Under the pieces are notes generated by a model that was not told the origin of the DNA, made no database searches, and saw nothing but the letters and a program-made list of their open reading frames with translations. Below are positions 1 through 9,553 of a stretch of 64,000 bases of DNA, one piece after another. Position numbers and translations under genes: made by a program. Within the stretch, counting starts at the first letter, position 1. Each line of letters begins with the position of its first letter. This stretch comes from a virus (taxonomy: Duplodnaviria > Heunggongvirae > Uroviricota > Caudoviricetes), in the IMG/VR virus record IMGVR_UViG_3300021400_002728, positions 101,154 through 165,153 of that record. One strand, 5' to 3'.

Positions 1-250
1 TATTGATTGATTCTTTACTAATGTTTACAGTTTCTTCAATAATACCTAACTGTTCTTCCATTTCTACAAGATTGGATTTAATGTTAGCATTAGTTTCTGA
101 AACTTCAGCCATTGCAGTTACACGTTGTTGCCATAAGAAGTAAACTGCGACTCCTAAACACAATAGTAAAATAATTGTACAAATTATAATTCCAACAATG
201 GTTGACTTACTGTTTTTTGTCTTCTCATTGTTATTCATTTTTCTTCTCAT
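1..250 (-). CDS. Partial membrane-anchored coiled-coil protein, runs off window start
   Basis: Hand translation from ATG at 250: MRRKMNNNEKTKNSKSTIVGIIICTIILLLCLGVAVYFLWQQRVTAMAEVSETNANIK...; basic N-terminus, one TM helix, then heptads, like the 990-aa neighbour. Confidence 0.7.
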   Translation of the reverse strand, partial: MRRKMNNNEKTKNSKSTIVGIIICTIILLLCLGVAVYFLWQQRVTAMAEVSETNANIKSNLVEMEEQLGIIEETVNISKESIN

Positions 251-293
251 CCTTAAAAGCTCTCCTACCCTAATTAGAGTAGGAGAGAATTGT

Positions 294-3266
294 TTAGTCT
301 TTCCAGTGTCCACATACTCCACACACATCATGTATCTTATATAATCTAAAAGTACCATTTGAATTTACGCCAGTACTAAGATCTGTAAAGTTATCTACTT
401 CATTCATATATTGATTGCTGGTTCCAGGCATTCTATGTATAGTTATCCAAGCAGGTGAACCAAACCAATTACCTTTTATCTGCCATGTAGTAGCATCAAG
501 ATACCATGTACCTTTTCCATAAATTTCTACAGCAGTTCCGGCATCAAGATTACCATAATGCCAAGCACCAGTTCCAGCTGGACCACTAGCATCTCCTGCA
601 TAACATGATAGATACATTTGAATAGTAGGATAATTTAAATACTCTGTAGCAGTTTGGGTGTATGAATGTCCAGCTATTGGAATATCTTGCGAATCATAAT
701 GATAACCGCACGCACATGTATATGTATGTGTTCCTTTTGATGTACAAGTAGCATTAATTTTAACTGTACTCGTATAACTATGCGTAGTTGACAAAGTAAC
801 ATTACAACGTGAACATTTTGTATGAATACCAGCAGTTCCTACATATACTGCATTATGTCCTAACTTAGTTGTATAATCAGTATTAGCTGCTGCAGTGCTA
901 CATCTTGAACAAATATGCGTAGTATATCCATCTGAAGTACAAGTAGGCTGTACTACTTTAGATACATAATTATGTCCTAAAGCTGGCGTAACTCTCTGAA
1001 TAGAAGAAAGTTTTGCATGACATCTACTACAATAAACAACTTCATTATGAATACCAGTTAAAGTACATGTAGGCTCAGTTACTGTCTCATTTACATATGC
1101 CATTGGATTATGTCCCAATTTAGAAACAATCTGATCATCATAGTAATATGTACATTGTTTACCTGTACGTGGATTTATATTAGTACAATAATGTCTTGTA
1201 TATCCATTAGCTGTACATGTTGGTGCTACAGTAATAGTTTTTAAATTATGACCAGTACGAGGAATCTTTACCCAAGTGTCCATCGCATCTGCTTTACAAG
1301 TTAAACAATATTGAACATCATGATATCCACCATCTTCAGTACAAGTAGGTTCTATACGTCCTCTAACTTGTCTTTGAAGTACACAATATTTTGGATCTAC
1401 TGGAATATGAACTTCAAGCTGCAAGTTAACTATACCTTCAGCTAATTCTTCCCATGTTTCTGAACCGTCCCATCTTTGTCCATCTGCACGAACAGAACCT
1501 TTGTCGTTAAGTGCAGATGCAATATCGGATTTTATCTTAACGACATTTTGAAAAGAATTTTCTGCCTGAGTATTATAGTCAGACACTGCCTGCTGATATT
1601 GATTTATTAAGTTAGCAATTTCGTCTCTACTTTCCTGCTCTTGCTGACTTAAATTATTGTAGTTAGTAGTTAACTGATTATTGACTGAATCAAAATTATT
1701 GATAATATTTTGATTCTGTGTTACCAATATATCATTAACATCACTAAAATTATTATTGATCTCATTAGTCTGCGTATTAAAACTATTTGAGATTGTTTCA
1801 GTAATATCTGTATTAACGTCATCTAACTTATTATTAATCTCATTATTATTATTAGTAATATTTGTTTCAATATCCTCAAATGACTGATCTATACTATCTT
1901 GTAAATCGTCTAAAGACTGCTCATAAGATTCCTGCATATTAGTTAAAGCTGTCTGTAATTCTGTCTTAGTAGTATTGTGAAGATCAGTAAGATCACTTTG
2001 AACTGACGTTAACTTAGATATAGTTTCTTCATGTTCTGTTCTATTTTGTGTTGATAAATCAGATATAGCATCACTGATATCATCTAAAGTAGTATTAAAA
2101 TGATCAGTAATTTCATTTAAATGTGTTTGAACAGCTTCAAACTTTTCCTCCAAATTGTCTAAGTTGTTCTCATTAATCTGATTTATAAGTGTGACTATTT
2201 CATTCCTAGTAGTATCTATTTTTCCTGATAAATCACTCATATCAGTATTTATACTATCTAATGATTCATCTATATTTGTATTTACTGTTCTAAACTCAGC
2301 TGAAATTGTACCATTTAATACAGTCTCAAAATTATCAAGTTGTTCTGTTACTGCAGTTTCAAAAGAAGAAACCTGCTCAGTAATTTCAGTATGTTGTGTA
2401 GTAGTAAGTTCATTTAGCGTTATAACATTACTATCTACATTATCAACATGTGTTGTTAACAAACTAAACTGTTCTTCTAGATATGCTGGCATACTGTCGC
2501 TTGTAGACTCAATAATATTAGTTATAGTCTCAGTAGACAACGTAATCTCACTTGAGATAGACTCAAGGTTAATTGTCAATGAAGATAATACTCCATCAAT
2601 TTTTGTATTCAGATCATTAAAATTTTTAGTTATAAGTTCCTGTGTTTCTTTATTAGAATCTTCTAGATATTCATTAAGTTCTTCTTGGAACTTTGTAAGT
2701 TGAATATTGATCTTATCATAATTATCCTTATTGTCCTTAGACATTGTATCTAACTGACTGGATAATTCTCCTAATTTTGCTTGAATTGCTTCAAACTTAG
2801 ACTGCATATCAGCAGTCTGACCATTATTGATTTCAGTAATGAGCGTTTCTAAATCTGTTTTGGTAGTAGCAAGCTGTTTAGAGATATTATCTAAATCACT
2901 TGTCATTTTATTTAGAATAACATCAATATCCTCATTTACTGTAGTAAAACTATAATCAATAATTTCGCTAGACTCAGTTATAGATGTCTGTAAGTTCTCA
3001 ATTTCAACTATGTTAGTGTCTAATGTAGATCCCATTGTATCTAATGTATCAGACATAGTTTCAAGTTGTGATTTAATTTCTTCTGCTGATGCTAATGGTG
3101 AATCTTCATTATCAATTGTAGTTAATTGTGGTGCAGACGTCTTATAAAGTATTATACCAATCAAAGAACATAAAATAAGAACCATTACAACTATAGCAAT
3201 GATCCTTTTTATCTTAGACTGGCTTGAAGTCTGCATTTTCTTTTTCTCTGTACGCATAGCCTTCAT
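294..3266 (-). CDS. Membrane-anchored long coiled-coil protein with C-terminal Cys/His-rich TCT..G....C..C repeats
   Basis: 990 aa; TM at about aa 22-41, about 530 aa heptad region, about 7 xPTCTxxG...CxxC repeats. Confidence 0.75.
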   Translation of the reverse strand: MKAMRTEKKKMQTSSQSKIKRIIAIVVMVLILCSLIGIILYKTSAPQLTTIDNEDSPLASAEEIKSQLETMSDTLDTMGSTLDTNIVEIENLQTSITESSEIIDYSFTTVNEDIDVILNKMTSDLDNISKQLATTKTDLETLITEINNGQTADMQSKFEAIQAKLGELSSQLDTMSKDNKDNYDKINIQLTKFQEELNEYLEDSNKETQELITKNFNDLNTKIDGVLSSLTINLESISSEITLSTETITNIIESTSDSMPAYLEEQFSLLTTHVDNVDSNVITLNELTTTQHTEITEQVSSFETAVTEQLDNFETVLNGTISAEFRTVNTNIDESLDSINTDMSDLSGKIDTTRNEIVTLINQINENNLDNLEEKFEAVQTHLNEITDHFNTTLDDISDAISDLSTQNRTEHEETISKLTSVQSDLTDLHNTTKTELQTALTNMQESYEQSLDDLQDSIDQSFEDIETNITNNNNEINNKLDDVNTDITETISNSFNTQTNEINNNFSDVNDILVTQNQNIINNFDSVNNQLTTNYNNLSQQEQESRDEIANLINQYQQAVSDYNTQAENSFQNVVKIKSDIASALNDKGSVRADGQRWDGSETWEELAEGIVNLQLEVHIPVDPKYCVLQRQVRGRIEPTCTEDGGYHDVQYCLTCKADAMDTWVKIPRTGHNLKTITVAPTCTANGYTRHYCTNINPRTGKQCTYYYDDQIVSKLGHNPMAYVNETVTEPTCTLTGIHNEVVYCSRCHAKLSSIQRVTPALGHNYVSKVVQPTCTSDGYTTHICSRCSTAAANTDYTTKLGHNAVYVGTAGIHTKCSRCNVTLSTTHSYTSTVKINATCTSKGTHTYTCACGYHYDSQDIPIAGHSYTQTATEYLNYPTIQMYLSCYAGDASGPAGTGAWHYGNLDAGTAVEIYGKGTWYLDATTWQIKGNWFGSPAWITIHRMPGTSNQYMNEVDNFTDLSTGVNSNGTFRLYKIHDVCGVCGHWKD

Positions 3267-3439
3267 GTATATCTCACAATATACAATACCTCCTTTTTTA
3301 TTGTCTAAATTATTTTATTGTCTAAATTATTACGACTCTACATGTATTATTAAATAGCTCTTCGCTTATCTATTTTAAACAATAAAACTAACCTGATTTA
3401 TATATTTTTAATAAATCAAGTTAGTTAATTTATATGTAG

Positions 3440-3569
3440 TCGAGAGAGTAGGATTCGAACCTACGATACGCTGTTTCCCTCAAATTTTTTGAAAGATTGC
3501 TGTCTCAATCACAATAATGATCACGAATAAATTTATATGACAGCTGCCTTACCACTTGGCTATCTCTCG
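3440..3569 (-). ncRNA. tRNA-like RNA with a long ACAGCAA-module insert in the anticodon loop
   Basis: Acceptor CGAGAGA/TCTCTCG, D arm GCCAAGTGGTAAGGC, T arm GTAGG-TTCGAAT-CCTAC, anticodon stem GCTGT/ACAGC enclosing ATCAT-TATT-GTGATTGAGACAGCAA; no assignable anticodon. Confidence 0.7.
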
Positions 3570-3573
3570 AGGA

Positions 3574-3704
3574 GGTCGGGTAGAGGACTCTAACCTCATG
3601 TTTTTTCTTGTTACGTCTAACAAGCGCCACGTGAACTACTCAATCTCCAGCATAACTTGCGCACATGGTTACCTGGCAACATCTTTCATTGTGTGTTTCC
3701 CGAC
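3574..3704 (-). ncRNA. tRNA-like RNA (acceptor plus T arm) with about 100 nt non-tRNA core
   Basis: GTCGGG/CCCGAC terminal stem and GAGG-TTAGAGT-CCTC T-like arm. Confidence 0.45.
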
Positions 3705-3740
3705 ATATTAAATTAAATTATTGTAATCGTCATTACGAAA

Positions 3741-3816
3741 CTGGGGTGGCGGGATTCGAACCCGCGGGAAAATGCAGCAGTCAAAGTGCTGTGCCTTACC
3801 GCTTGGCGACACCCCA
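3741..3816 (-). tRNA. tRNA-Gln(TTG)
   Basis: Cloverleaf; CAGCA-CT TTG AC-TGCTG. Confidence 0.95.
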
Positions 3817-3829
3817 ATATATAATATCA

Positions 3830-4255
3830 CGTTACGTCTAACGTTAACTGCGTATCCGATTTTCATATATCAATTATACGCTTCATTGATATACTAGATT
3901 GACCTTTTTACATCCGTCAACAACCATTAAGGAAGGTATTGCTCAATCACTCCTCGAACCTGTACGAGCACCACCCCGTGGTCTGTTCATATCACACCTC
4001 TGGTTATTACTGCAACCTACGCAGTCCTCTCTCGATCCGTCTGCTTGAGGCACTAATTTAAGGTTCCACATACTTTACAGAGCTTTTCCCATTACTCCGA
4101 CCTTCTGCTTGGGTCTAACGTTATATCCTGTATAGATGAAAGGTGGTTTAATCTATTCACCGAGCTAATAGCCAACGTTTCATATAACTAATCGCTTCTG
4201 CTACCATACAGAATCGTATCCTACGGCCATCTTTTTGGTAAAGGTTCAGGCGACC
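3830..4255 (-). ncRNA. Unassigned ~430-nt structured non-coding region
   Basis: No ORF of 60 aa or more, GC above flanking spacers, several hairpins, bounded by tRNA-His and tRNA-Gln. Confidence 0.45.
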
Positions 4256-4259
4256 TTAA

Positions 4260-4335
4260 GGGTGACTGATGGGATTCGAACCCATGATCTCCGGAGCCAC
4301 AATCCAGCGTTCTAACCAACTGAACTACAGCCACC
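4260..4335 (-). tRNA. tRNA-His(GTG)
   Basis: CTGGA-TT GTG GC-TCCGG; encoded G-1 opposite C73. Confidence 0.95.
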
Positions 4336-4548
4336 ATATAGAACCTTTCGCTATATTGTCTTGTACTTTGGCAATATAGCCACTAAGTGATTTGGTAGGT
4401 TCTTTATCCATGTTTATTCATGGTACCAAACCGTCTCTCTCGCCGTTTTTAATAGGTAGGCACCGCAGGAAACCACTCGCGTCCTAAATCTTACTGCCTA
4501 TTCAGTCTTATTACTAAGAATTGATCAGATTCTTGTATGTAATAAGAA

Positions 4549-4622
4549 GTATGTTGATTGGACTCGAACCAACGACCTCCCGGCATGTAGACCGAGTGCT
4601 CTCCCGACTGAGCTACAACACA
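4549..4622 (-). tRNA. Atypical tRNA-Val(TAC)-like with 8-nt anticodon loop
   Basis: Cloverleaf; CTCGG-TCTACATG-CCGGG. Confidence 0.6.
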
Positions 4623-4770
4623 GTAATCCACATTTTCAATTCTTTGTTGAATAACGATTTTTAATTCTTTTTCTGAATAGTATGCTCTAAATACCATCAA
4701 CGTTTCTTTTGCTCGTGAGCACCTTATAACTAGATAATGAACGTCGAAGCACCTATGTTATAAGGTTCAT

Positions 4771-4895
4771 AGATAACTACGGAATCGAACCGTCTCATAA
4801 CCATACTTCCAAAGTTTCCTTTGTCTGTGGACTCGAACCACTTTCAACTCTTCACCCGTCGGTACATCAAGTTCCGCGCCATTACGGAATTATCT
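4771..4895 (-). ncRNA. tRNA-like RNA with two T arms
   Basis: AGATAA/TTATCT closing stem, D-like TTCCG-TAATGGCG-CGGAA, T arms GTGG-TTCGAGT-CCAC and ACGG-TTCGATT-CCGT. Confidence 0.55.
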
Positions 4896-5008
4896 AAGTG
4901 GATGGTTATGGATTCGGACCATTATTACTTACATACCCTCAAGGTTACATGCTGTTAGTTGTCGACTTTTAACAGGTCACCTAGTGTATACCACCCATAA
5001 TCCATAAG

Positions 5009-5184
5009 AGCTACTAACTTATGGACAATTGAGAGTGATTACCGTTTCTGTGTCATTAGAGTATATATCATTTCAACTCTAATTGGTACTGTATCCGGGG
5101 CTGCTCTCGGTTCGGTAGACTTATGCTGTGACTATTTTCATAATATAGCTCACCATTTCTGGCTGTCTACTCAGCTTTTGTAGC
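5009..5184 (-). ncRNA. Unassigned multi-stem RNA
   Basis: GCTAC/GTAGC outer stem, GTAGAC/GTCTAC and ATTAGAG/CTCTAAT inner stems, two CAGAAA loops. Confidence 0.4.
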
Positions 5185-5191
5185 AATCATT

Positions 5192-5404
5192 TTAATAATC
5201 ATACTCATCCTCGTCTTTATGACGAAGGTGTCGAATAAATCGTTTAACCTTTTCGACGATATACCAGATAATTGCAATTATGATACTCAATAATATTACT
5301 GGTCCACCGCCATTATTAATAATCTCTAGAATAAAACATCCACCAAAGACTATCATCAGAATCCCAAGAAAAAATGAATATCCATCATCATTCATCTCAA
5401 TCAC
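5192..5404 (-). CDS. Small two-TM membrane protein
   Basis: 70 aa, two hydrophobic stretches, AGGTG RBS. Confidence 0.6.
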   Translation of the reverse strand: MIEMNDDGYSFFLGILMIVFGGCFILEIINNGGGPVILLSIIIAIIWYIVEKVKRFIRHLRHKDEDEYDY

Positions 5405-5434
5405 CTTATTGAGTCTAGGTTAACGTTCTTTTAT

Positions 5435-5470
5435 ATTATATAATGTACATTGATATTTGTAAATAGTTTT
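5435..5470 (-). promoter_or_regulatory. Representative of a conserved promoter AAACTA-TTTACA-N17-TATAAT (at least 19 copies)
   Basis: Plus-strand tgtaaatag at 5458, 7881, 9979, 13815, 14040, 17351, 22366, 25099, 25199, 28591, 40984, 42429, 47091, 48169, 53866, 56040, 60974, 62377, 62758, each with a TATAAT-like hexamer 16-17 nt downstream on the minus strand. Confidence 0.85.
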
Positions 5471-5908
5471 TTAAGAATATCTTTCCATTTCTCGCTTAAG
5501 ATCCTTCTCTTTAATGGATTGACGCTTGTCATAATTGTGTTTACCTCTACAGAAACCAATTAAGACTTTTACTTTACCATTTACCATATACATCTTTAAA
5601 GGAACAAGTGTAGTTCCATTGTCAATGAGCTTTCTTTCTAAGGATCTAATTTCCTGCTTATGCGCAAGTAATCGTCTAGGGCGTCTTTCAGAAATATCGA
5701 AATCCATCGCATTATCATACTTTGCAATATGAGAATTGAGCAGAATAAGTTCACCTTTATCTATCTGACAATAAGAATCTTTAAGATTACATGAACCTTT
5801 CTTAATAGACTTGATCTCATGGCCCTTGAGCTCTATTCCACACTCAAGTGTCTCAAGAACCGTATAATCAAAATATGCTTTTCTGTTTTCAATATTTACT
5901 GAATTCAT
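5471..5908 (-). CDS. smpB: SsrA-binding protein SmpB
   Basis: NRKAYFDY, GIELKGHEIKSI, RRLLAHKQEI, TLVPL, GKHNYDKR motifs. Confidence 0.97.
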   Translation of the reverse strand: MNSVNIENRKAYFDYTVLETLECGIELKGHEIKSIKKGSCNLKDSYCQIDKGELILLNSHIAKYDNAMDFDISERRPRRLLAHKQEIRSLERKLIDNGTTLVPLKMYMVNGKVKVLIGFCRGKHNYDKRQSIKEKDLKREMERYS

Positions 5909-5917
5909 GACGTCACC

Positions 5918-6334
5918 TTAACTAAGATAATGTTTAACAACTTCCTGTGCCATTCTACCATCAAGAGCACTACCGAACTGTGCCTTAAGAGTCTTCATAC
6001 ATACACCAATGTTCTTCTCAATATTGTTAGTATTAAGATACTCAAGGATCTGCTCTTCAGTAATTGCCTGAGGAAGAAGTTCCTGACAGTAACCTACCTT
6101 TTCAGCAATCTCAGTTGCTCTTGTTGAGTCATTCTTTACGTACTCATATAGATCATTAAGCTGCTTGATCTCATTCTTTGCTGCCTTAACAAAGTCATCA
6201 TCAGTAACAGCTCTATTTCCGTCAGTCTTGGCAATCTTAAAAGCTCCGTCAAGAATTGACTTATATGTGAGCTTTGCATTCTCATTCTTGTTAACCATTG
6301 CTTCCTTAATAAGCTGTCTTACTTTTGCTTCCAT
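5918..6334 (-). CDS. GatB/YqeY domain protein
   Basis: IKEAM...EI.....LP...TEE.I helical pattern and MGxxMKxLK-like C-terminus. Confidence 0.7.
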   Translation of the reverse strand: MEAKVRQLIKEAMVNKNENAKLTYKSILDGAFKIAKTDGNRAVTDDDFVKAAKNEIKQLNDLYEYVKNDSTRATEIAEKVGYCQELLPQAITEEQILEYLNTNNIEKNIGVCMKTLKAQFGSALDGRMAQEVVKHYLS

Positions 6335-6349
6335 TTTCTTCTCTCCTTT

Positions 6350-6907
6350 TTATACTAAGAAGTTTATACACTTCTTTATTTCTTCTTGAATATCATTGTA
6401 CACTTCTTCAATAGATACTGGACAATTATTATGTGCATCTACTGCTACATTGTACATATAAGGTCGATCTTCATAGAACTTTGACTTGCTATGTGTATGA
6501 CCAAATATACCAAATATACATCTGTCTGGATTGCTATTAAGATCTGCAGTTAATGTAGGATAGTGACTAAGATAGAACTGTCTTCCTTTATATTCAATCT
6601 GTGTAGACCATACTATCTCTACAATCTTAGCTGATGCTTCATAGATCTTAATTTTTGCTGGTGTATCATGATTACCTATGATAAGATGAATCTTACCATT
6701 AAGTTTATTCAAAGTATTCTTAACATAATCTATATCTTTGCCAAGAAAGAAGTCACCTAGCATATACACAGTGTCATCTGGTGAAATCTTAGCATTCCAA
6801 TTATGTATTATATTATCGTTAGATTCTGATACATTCTTGAATCCTCTAGGACCCCAGATAAACTCTCTATCATGATTAAAATGAGTATCACTTATAAACC
6901 AAATCAT
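6350..6907 (-). CDS. Calcineurin-like metallophosphoesterase
   Basis: SDTHFNH, LGDF, GNHD, SHYP, GHTH motifs. Confidence 0.9.
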   Translation of the reverse strand: MIWFISDTHFNHDREFIWGPRGFKNVSESNDNIIHNWNAKISPDDTVYMLGDFFLGKDIDYVKNTLNKLNGKIHLIIGNHDTPAKIKIYEASAKIVEIVWSTQIEYKGRQFYLSHYPTLTADLNSNPDRCIFGIFGHTHSKSKFYEDRPYMYNVAVDAHNNCPVSIEEVYNDIQEEIKKCINFLV

Positions 6908-7377
6908 TGTCTTTTCTCCGTTATATAGTCATATACCTCTTTAGGTATGTATTTAGATACGTCTTTCTTATACTTAAGAAGTTCTCTTACCATACTAGAA
7001 CTAATGCTTCCAAGCTGTCCAGCTCTTACATAGATAGTATCAAGATCTGCAACTTCTTCATTTATAGATGCAAGGTTTTCTTCATAGTTATAATCCATGT
7101 CATTTCTAATACCACGAACTAACACGTCACAGTGATATTGTTCCGCAGCATCTACACTAAGTCCAGTAAATACGACCACTTTACAATTATTGATTCCTTC
7201 TCTTTCAAGAACATCTTTAATAAGTAAAGCCATCATACCTAAGTCATAGTTTCGTTTCTTCATAGGATTAACTCCTACTCCAATGACTAATCTATCAAAT
7301 AACTTAGCTGCTCTTTTAATTACGTGTAAATGACCATTTGTAAATGGATCAAAACTACCTGCATAAAAACCGTTCAT
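6904..7377 (-). CDS. coaD: Phosphopantetheine adenylyltransferase
   Basis: GSFDPFTNGH, VRGIR, ISSSMVRE motifs. Confidence 0.92.
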   Translation of the reverse strand: MNGFYAGSFDPFTNGHLHVIKRAAKLFDRLVIGVGVNPMKKRNYDLGMMALLIKDVLEREGINNCKVVVFTGLSVDAAEQYHCDVLVRGIRNDMDYNYEENLASINEEVADLDTIYVRAGQLGSISSSMVRELLKYKKDVSKYIPKEVYDYITEKRQ

Positions 7378-7386
7378 ACAGTCTCC

Positions 7387-7824
7387 TTATGTTAAAGTCG
7401 TTGTACACTTACTTCTTCTATCAGGACCTTTAAGTGCTTCAAGAATATCAGTGTAGATCTTTTCTTTATTTGTATTAACAAAGGTATTACATGCACAGTA
7501 AGTCATAAGACTTGTAGGACAATCTGTATACTGAATTACTATGATTCTTTTCTTAGTAGCAAAAGCATATCCTTGTTCCCAGTTAGTACCAGCTGTACCA
7601 ATTCTTCCAGGAGTAATCATAAGAAATATATTTGCAGTATCTATAGCATTCTTGTCAGCTTCAAATACTAGCTGCGACCAATCTTCCTGAGAATAATCCC
7701 AAGCATTTTCGATCTTAAGTTCAAATGGACAGTATACTTCATATCCATTATCTCTTAAATGCTTTGCTATATTTACCATTAATGTTCTTTGTTCAGATGA
7801 ACAACTACCTGCTAAATAAATCAT
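7387..7824 (-). CDS. Nucleoside 2-deoxyribosyltransferase family protein
   Basis: IYLAG, VYCP, D...ID.A, GTNWEQGYA motifs. Confidence 0.8.
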   Translation of the reverse strand: MIYLAGSCSSEQRTLMVNIAKHLRDNGYEVYCPFELKIENAWDYSQEDWSQLVFEADKNAIDTANIFLMITPGRIGTAGTNWEQGYAFATKKRIIVIQYTDCPTSLMTYCACNTFVNTNKEKIYTDILEALKGPDRRSKCTTTLT

Positions 7825-7934
7825 ATGTAATACCTCGTTTAGTTTATTTATGAGTATATTATAACATGAACATTTAGTAATGTAAATAGTTTCTAATAGA
7901 AAAAATGGACATGAGATTTTCTCACATCCATTGA

Positions 7935-8107
7935 TGAGGATATTGAGGATTCGAACACTCGAAGCCGCATTACTCTACGCTCGTCATCAGTGGTGCGCAT
8001 CCACTAATCTAGAATCATAGTACACTCAAGTTTATATGATTCGCGTTTTGTCTTTTTTGGCACGTGGATTACCGACCACGTCACTTTGACCACTTGTATA
8101 TCACCCC
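7935..8107 (-). ncRNA. tRNA-like RNA with 8-nt anticodon loop and about 100-nt variable region
   Basis: D-like ACAAGTGGTCAAAGT, ACGTGG-TCGGTAAT-CCACGT, T-like GTTCGAATC, terminal GGGGTGAT/ATATCCTC pairing. Confidence 0.5.
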
Positions 8108-8263
8108 ATATTAGTTTAGGCTGTTCGTCAAACTCCAGTTAGCAATTCAAACCCAACTTAGACTTACCGGCTAAGAGCGCTTCTAGCTTGCATAGGGCGA
8201 TTTACACGCCGCGTCTTAACTCCACTCTGCAGCAGTATCTAAGAATTACAGTTTGCACCTAAG

Positions 8264-8335
8264 AGTCGATGGAGGGAGTCGAACCCTCGATACTGGTTTT
8301 GCAGACCAGGGCCTTAACCACTTGGCTACATCGAC
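8264..8335 (-). tRNA. tRNA-Cys(GCA)
   Basis: CTGGT-CT GCA AA-ACCAG. Confidence 0.95.
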
Positions 8336-8340
8336 ATAAA

Positions 8341-8426
8341 CGACAGGACTGGGATTCGAACCCAGGAACCCGTTAAGGTCTCTAGTTTTCAAGACTAGCG
8401 CTTTATGACCACTCAGCCATCCTGCC
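8341..8426 (-). tRNA. tRNA-Ser(TGA)
   Basis: CTAGT-CT TGA AA-ACTAG, long variable arm, G73. Confidence 0.95.
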
Positions 8427-8515
8427 ACTTTATAATTAAAGAAACTTTGTTAAAGCATTATCTACTGCATATTTACAATATTCTAAGGCTGCTTCTTTTA
8501 TCTCGTAAATAGTTT

Positions 8516-9334
8516 TCATTTTGTAGTTCTCTTCTTAATAGCTTTAAGCTTTTCAATTTCAGCTTTAAGCTTATCTATCTCATCATTCTTTTTATTTAAT
8601 TCAGTTTCATACATATCAATTAGTGTTTCAGTACATTCTGTCAAGCTGACAATTTTTGCTTTAAGAATAGTAAATCCATCACTAAGTTCAGGATAATTAG
8701 CTTTTCCATAAGTAGTAAGTGGATAAACCCAAGTTCTAGTCTCATTTACATACTTATGAAGTTTTTCAGGTTTCATAACATAGAGATCTTCTACATTATG
8801 TGATCTATCGGCTAACTTAATAAGAATGGCATATTTATTTGCTTTAATCTGGTTAAAATAATCATCTAATTCAGCTTCAGTAGCACCAGATCTTTTACTT
8901 ACAAGTTTAATTGCTTCAAGTACCTTAGGTGAGAAATGATATTCATTTACCAGTTCAGTTCCACCTTTAGGAAAATATTCAGAACAGTCTTCTAAACTAT
9001 CATGTAGTAATGCTGCAGCAAGAAGATTATCAAGTTCATCAGGCTTTAATGGAAGTCTTAATGAAATAAGCGTTGAACAAACCTTTAATACATGAAGTAC
9101 ATAAGGTAGTCTATAAGACTGTCCATTTATAACAACTTCACCTTTACGATACTGACCATTATGAAAACGTCTAGCTAAAGGTAGTGCCTTTAGTGTTTGA
9201 GGAAGTCGAAGCGCAGTCGCATAACCTTTAATAAAAAGATAAGTTTTATCATATAAAAACGCTTCTTCTACATTGAAAGATTCTACGATTTTCTGTGACA
9301 TACAATCACTTCCTTTCTTATAATGAAAAAACAA
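8516..9334 (-). CDS. RelA/SpoT-type HD domain protein (small alarmone hydrolase-like)
   Basis: H..QYRK, PYVLHV, AALLHDSLED, IKLADRSHNV motifs; no synthetase domain. Confidence 0.8.
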   Translation of the reverse strand: MFFHYKKGSDCMSQKIVESFNVEEAFLYDKTYLFIKGYATALRLPQTLKALPLARRFHNGQYRKGEVVINGQSYRLPYVLHVLKVCSTLISLRLPLKPDELDNLLAAALLHDSLEDCSEYFPKGGTELVNEYHFSPKVLEAIKLVSKRSGATEAELDDYFNQIKANKYAILIKLADRSHNVEDLYVMKPEKLHKYVNETRTWVYPLTTYGKANYPELSDGFTILKAKIVSLTECTETLIDMYETELNKKNDEIDKLKAEIEKLKAIKKRTTK

Positions 9335-9553
9335 TCGTCTATATAGACGATTAAATTTGTATTTCTTTAATTAAGGAACCGTCACTGCTATCTTTCACTC
9401 CTACGACGGTGCACCTAACAGGAGATGTAGCATTTACTGGCGTTCAATCTTTTACCGTTTACAACTTGCTCCAAGATTGAACCAAAGGCGGCTGGAGCCA
9501 TGAAACAAAACTTGTAATCCAAAATGATAAAAATGGCAGATTATCATTTTGCA

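Noticed and set aside
3440-3569. Fourth 29/30-interrupted tRNA
   Set aside because: Anticodon stem is already intact and no excision gives a canonical U33 loop; kept as a module-bearing tRNA-like RNA
4021-4044. Sarcin-ricin loop mimic (GAGAGGAC)
   Set aside because: GAGA tetraloop present but the AGUA bulged-G strand is missing; 8-nt match can be chance
5009-5184. RNase P RNA or T-box
   Set aside because: Only short CAGAAATGG and GCTGAG look-alikes; no GAGGAAAGUCC/P4 or T-box antiterminator bulge; too short
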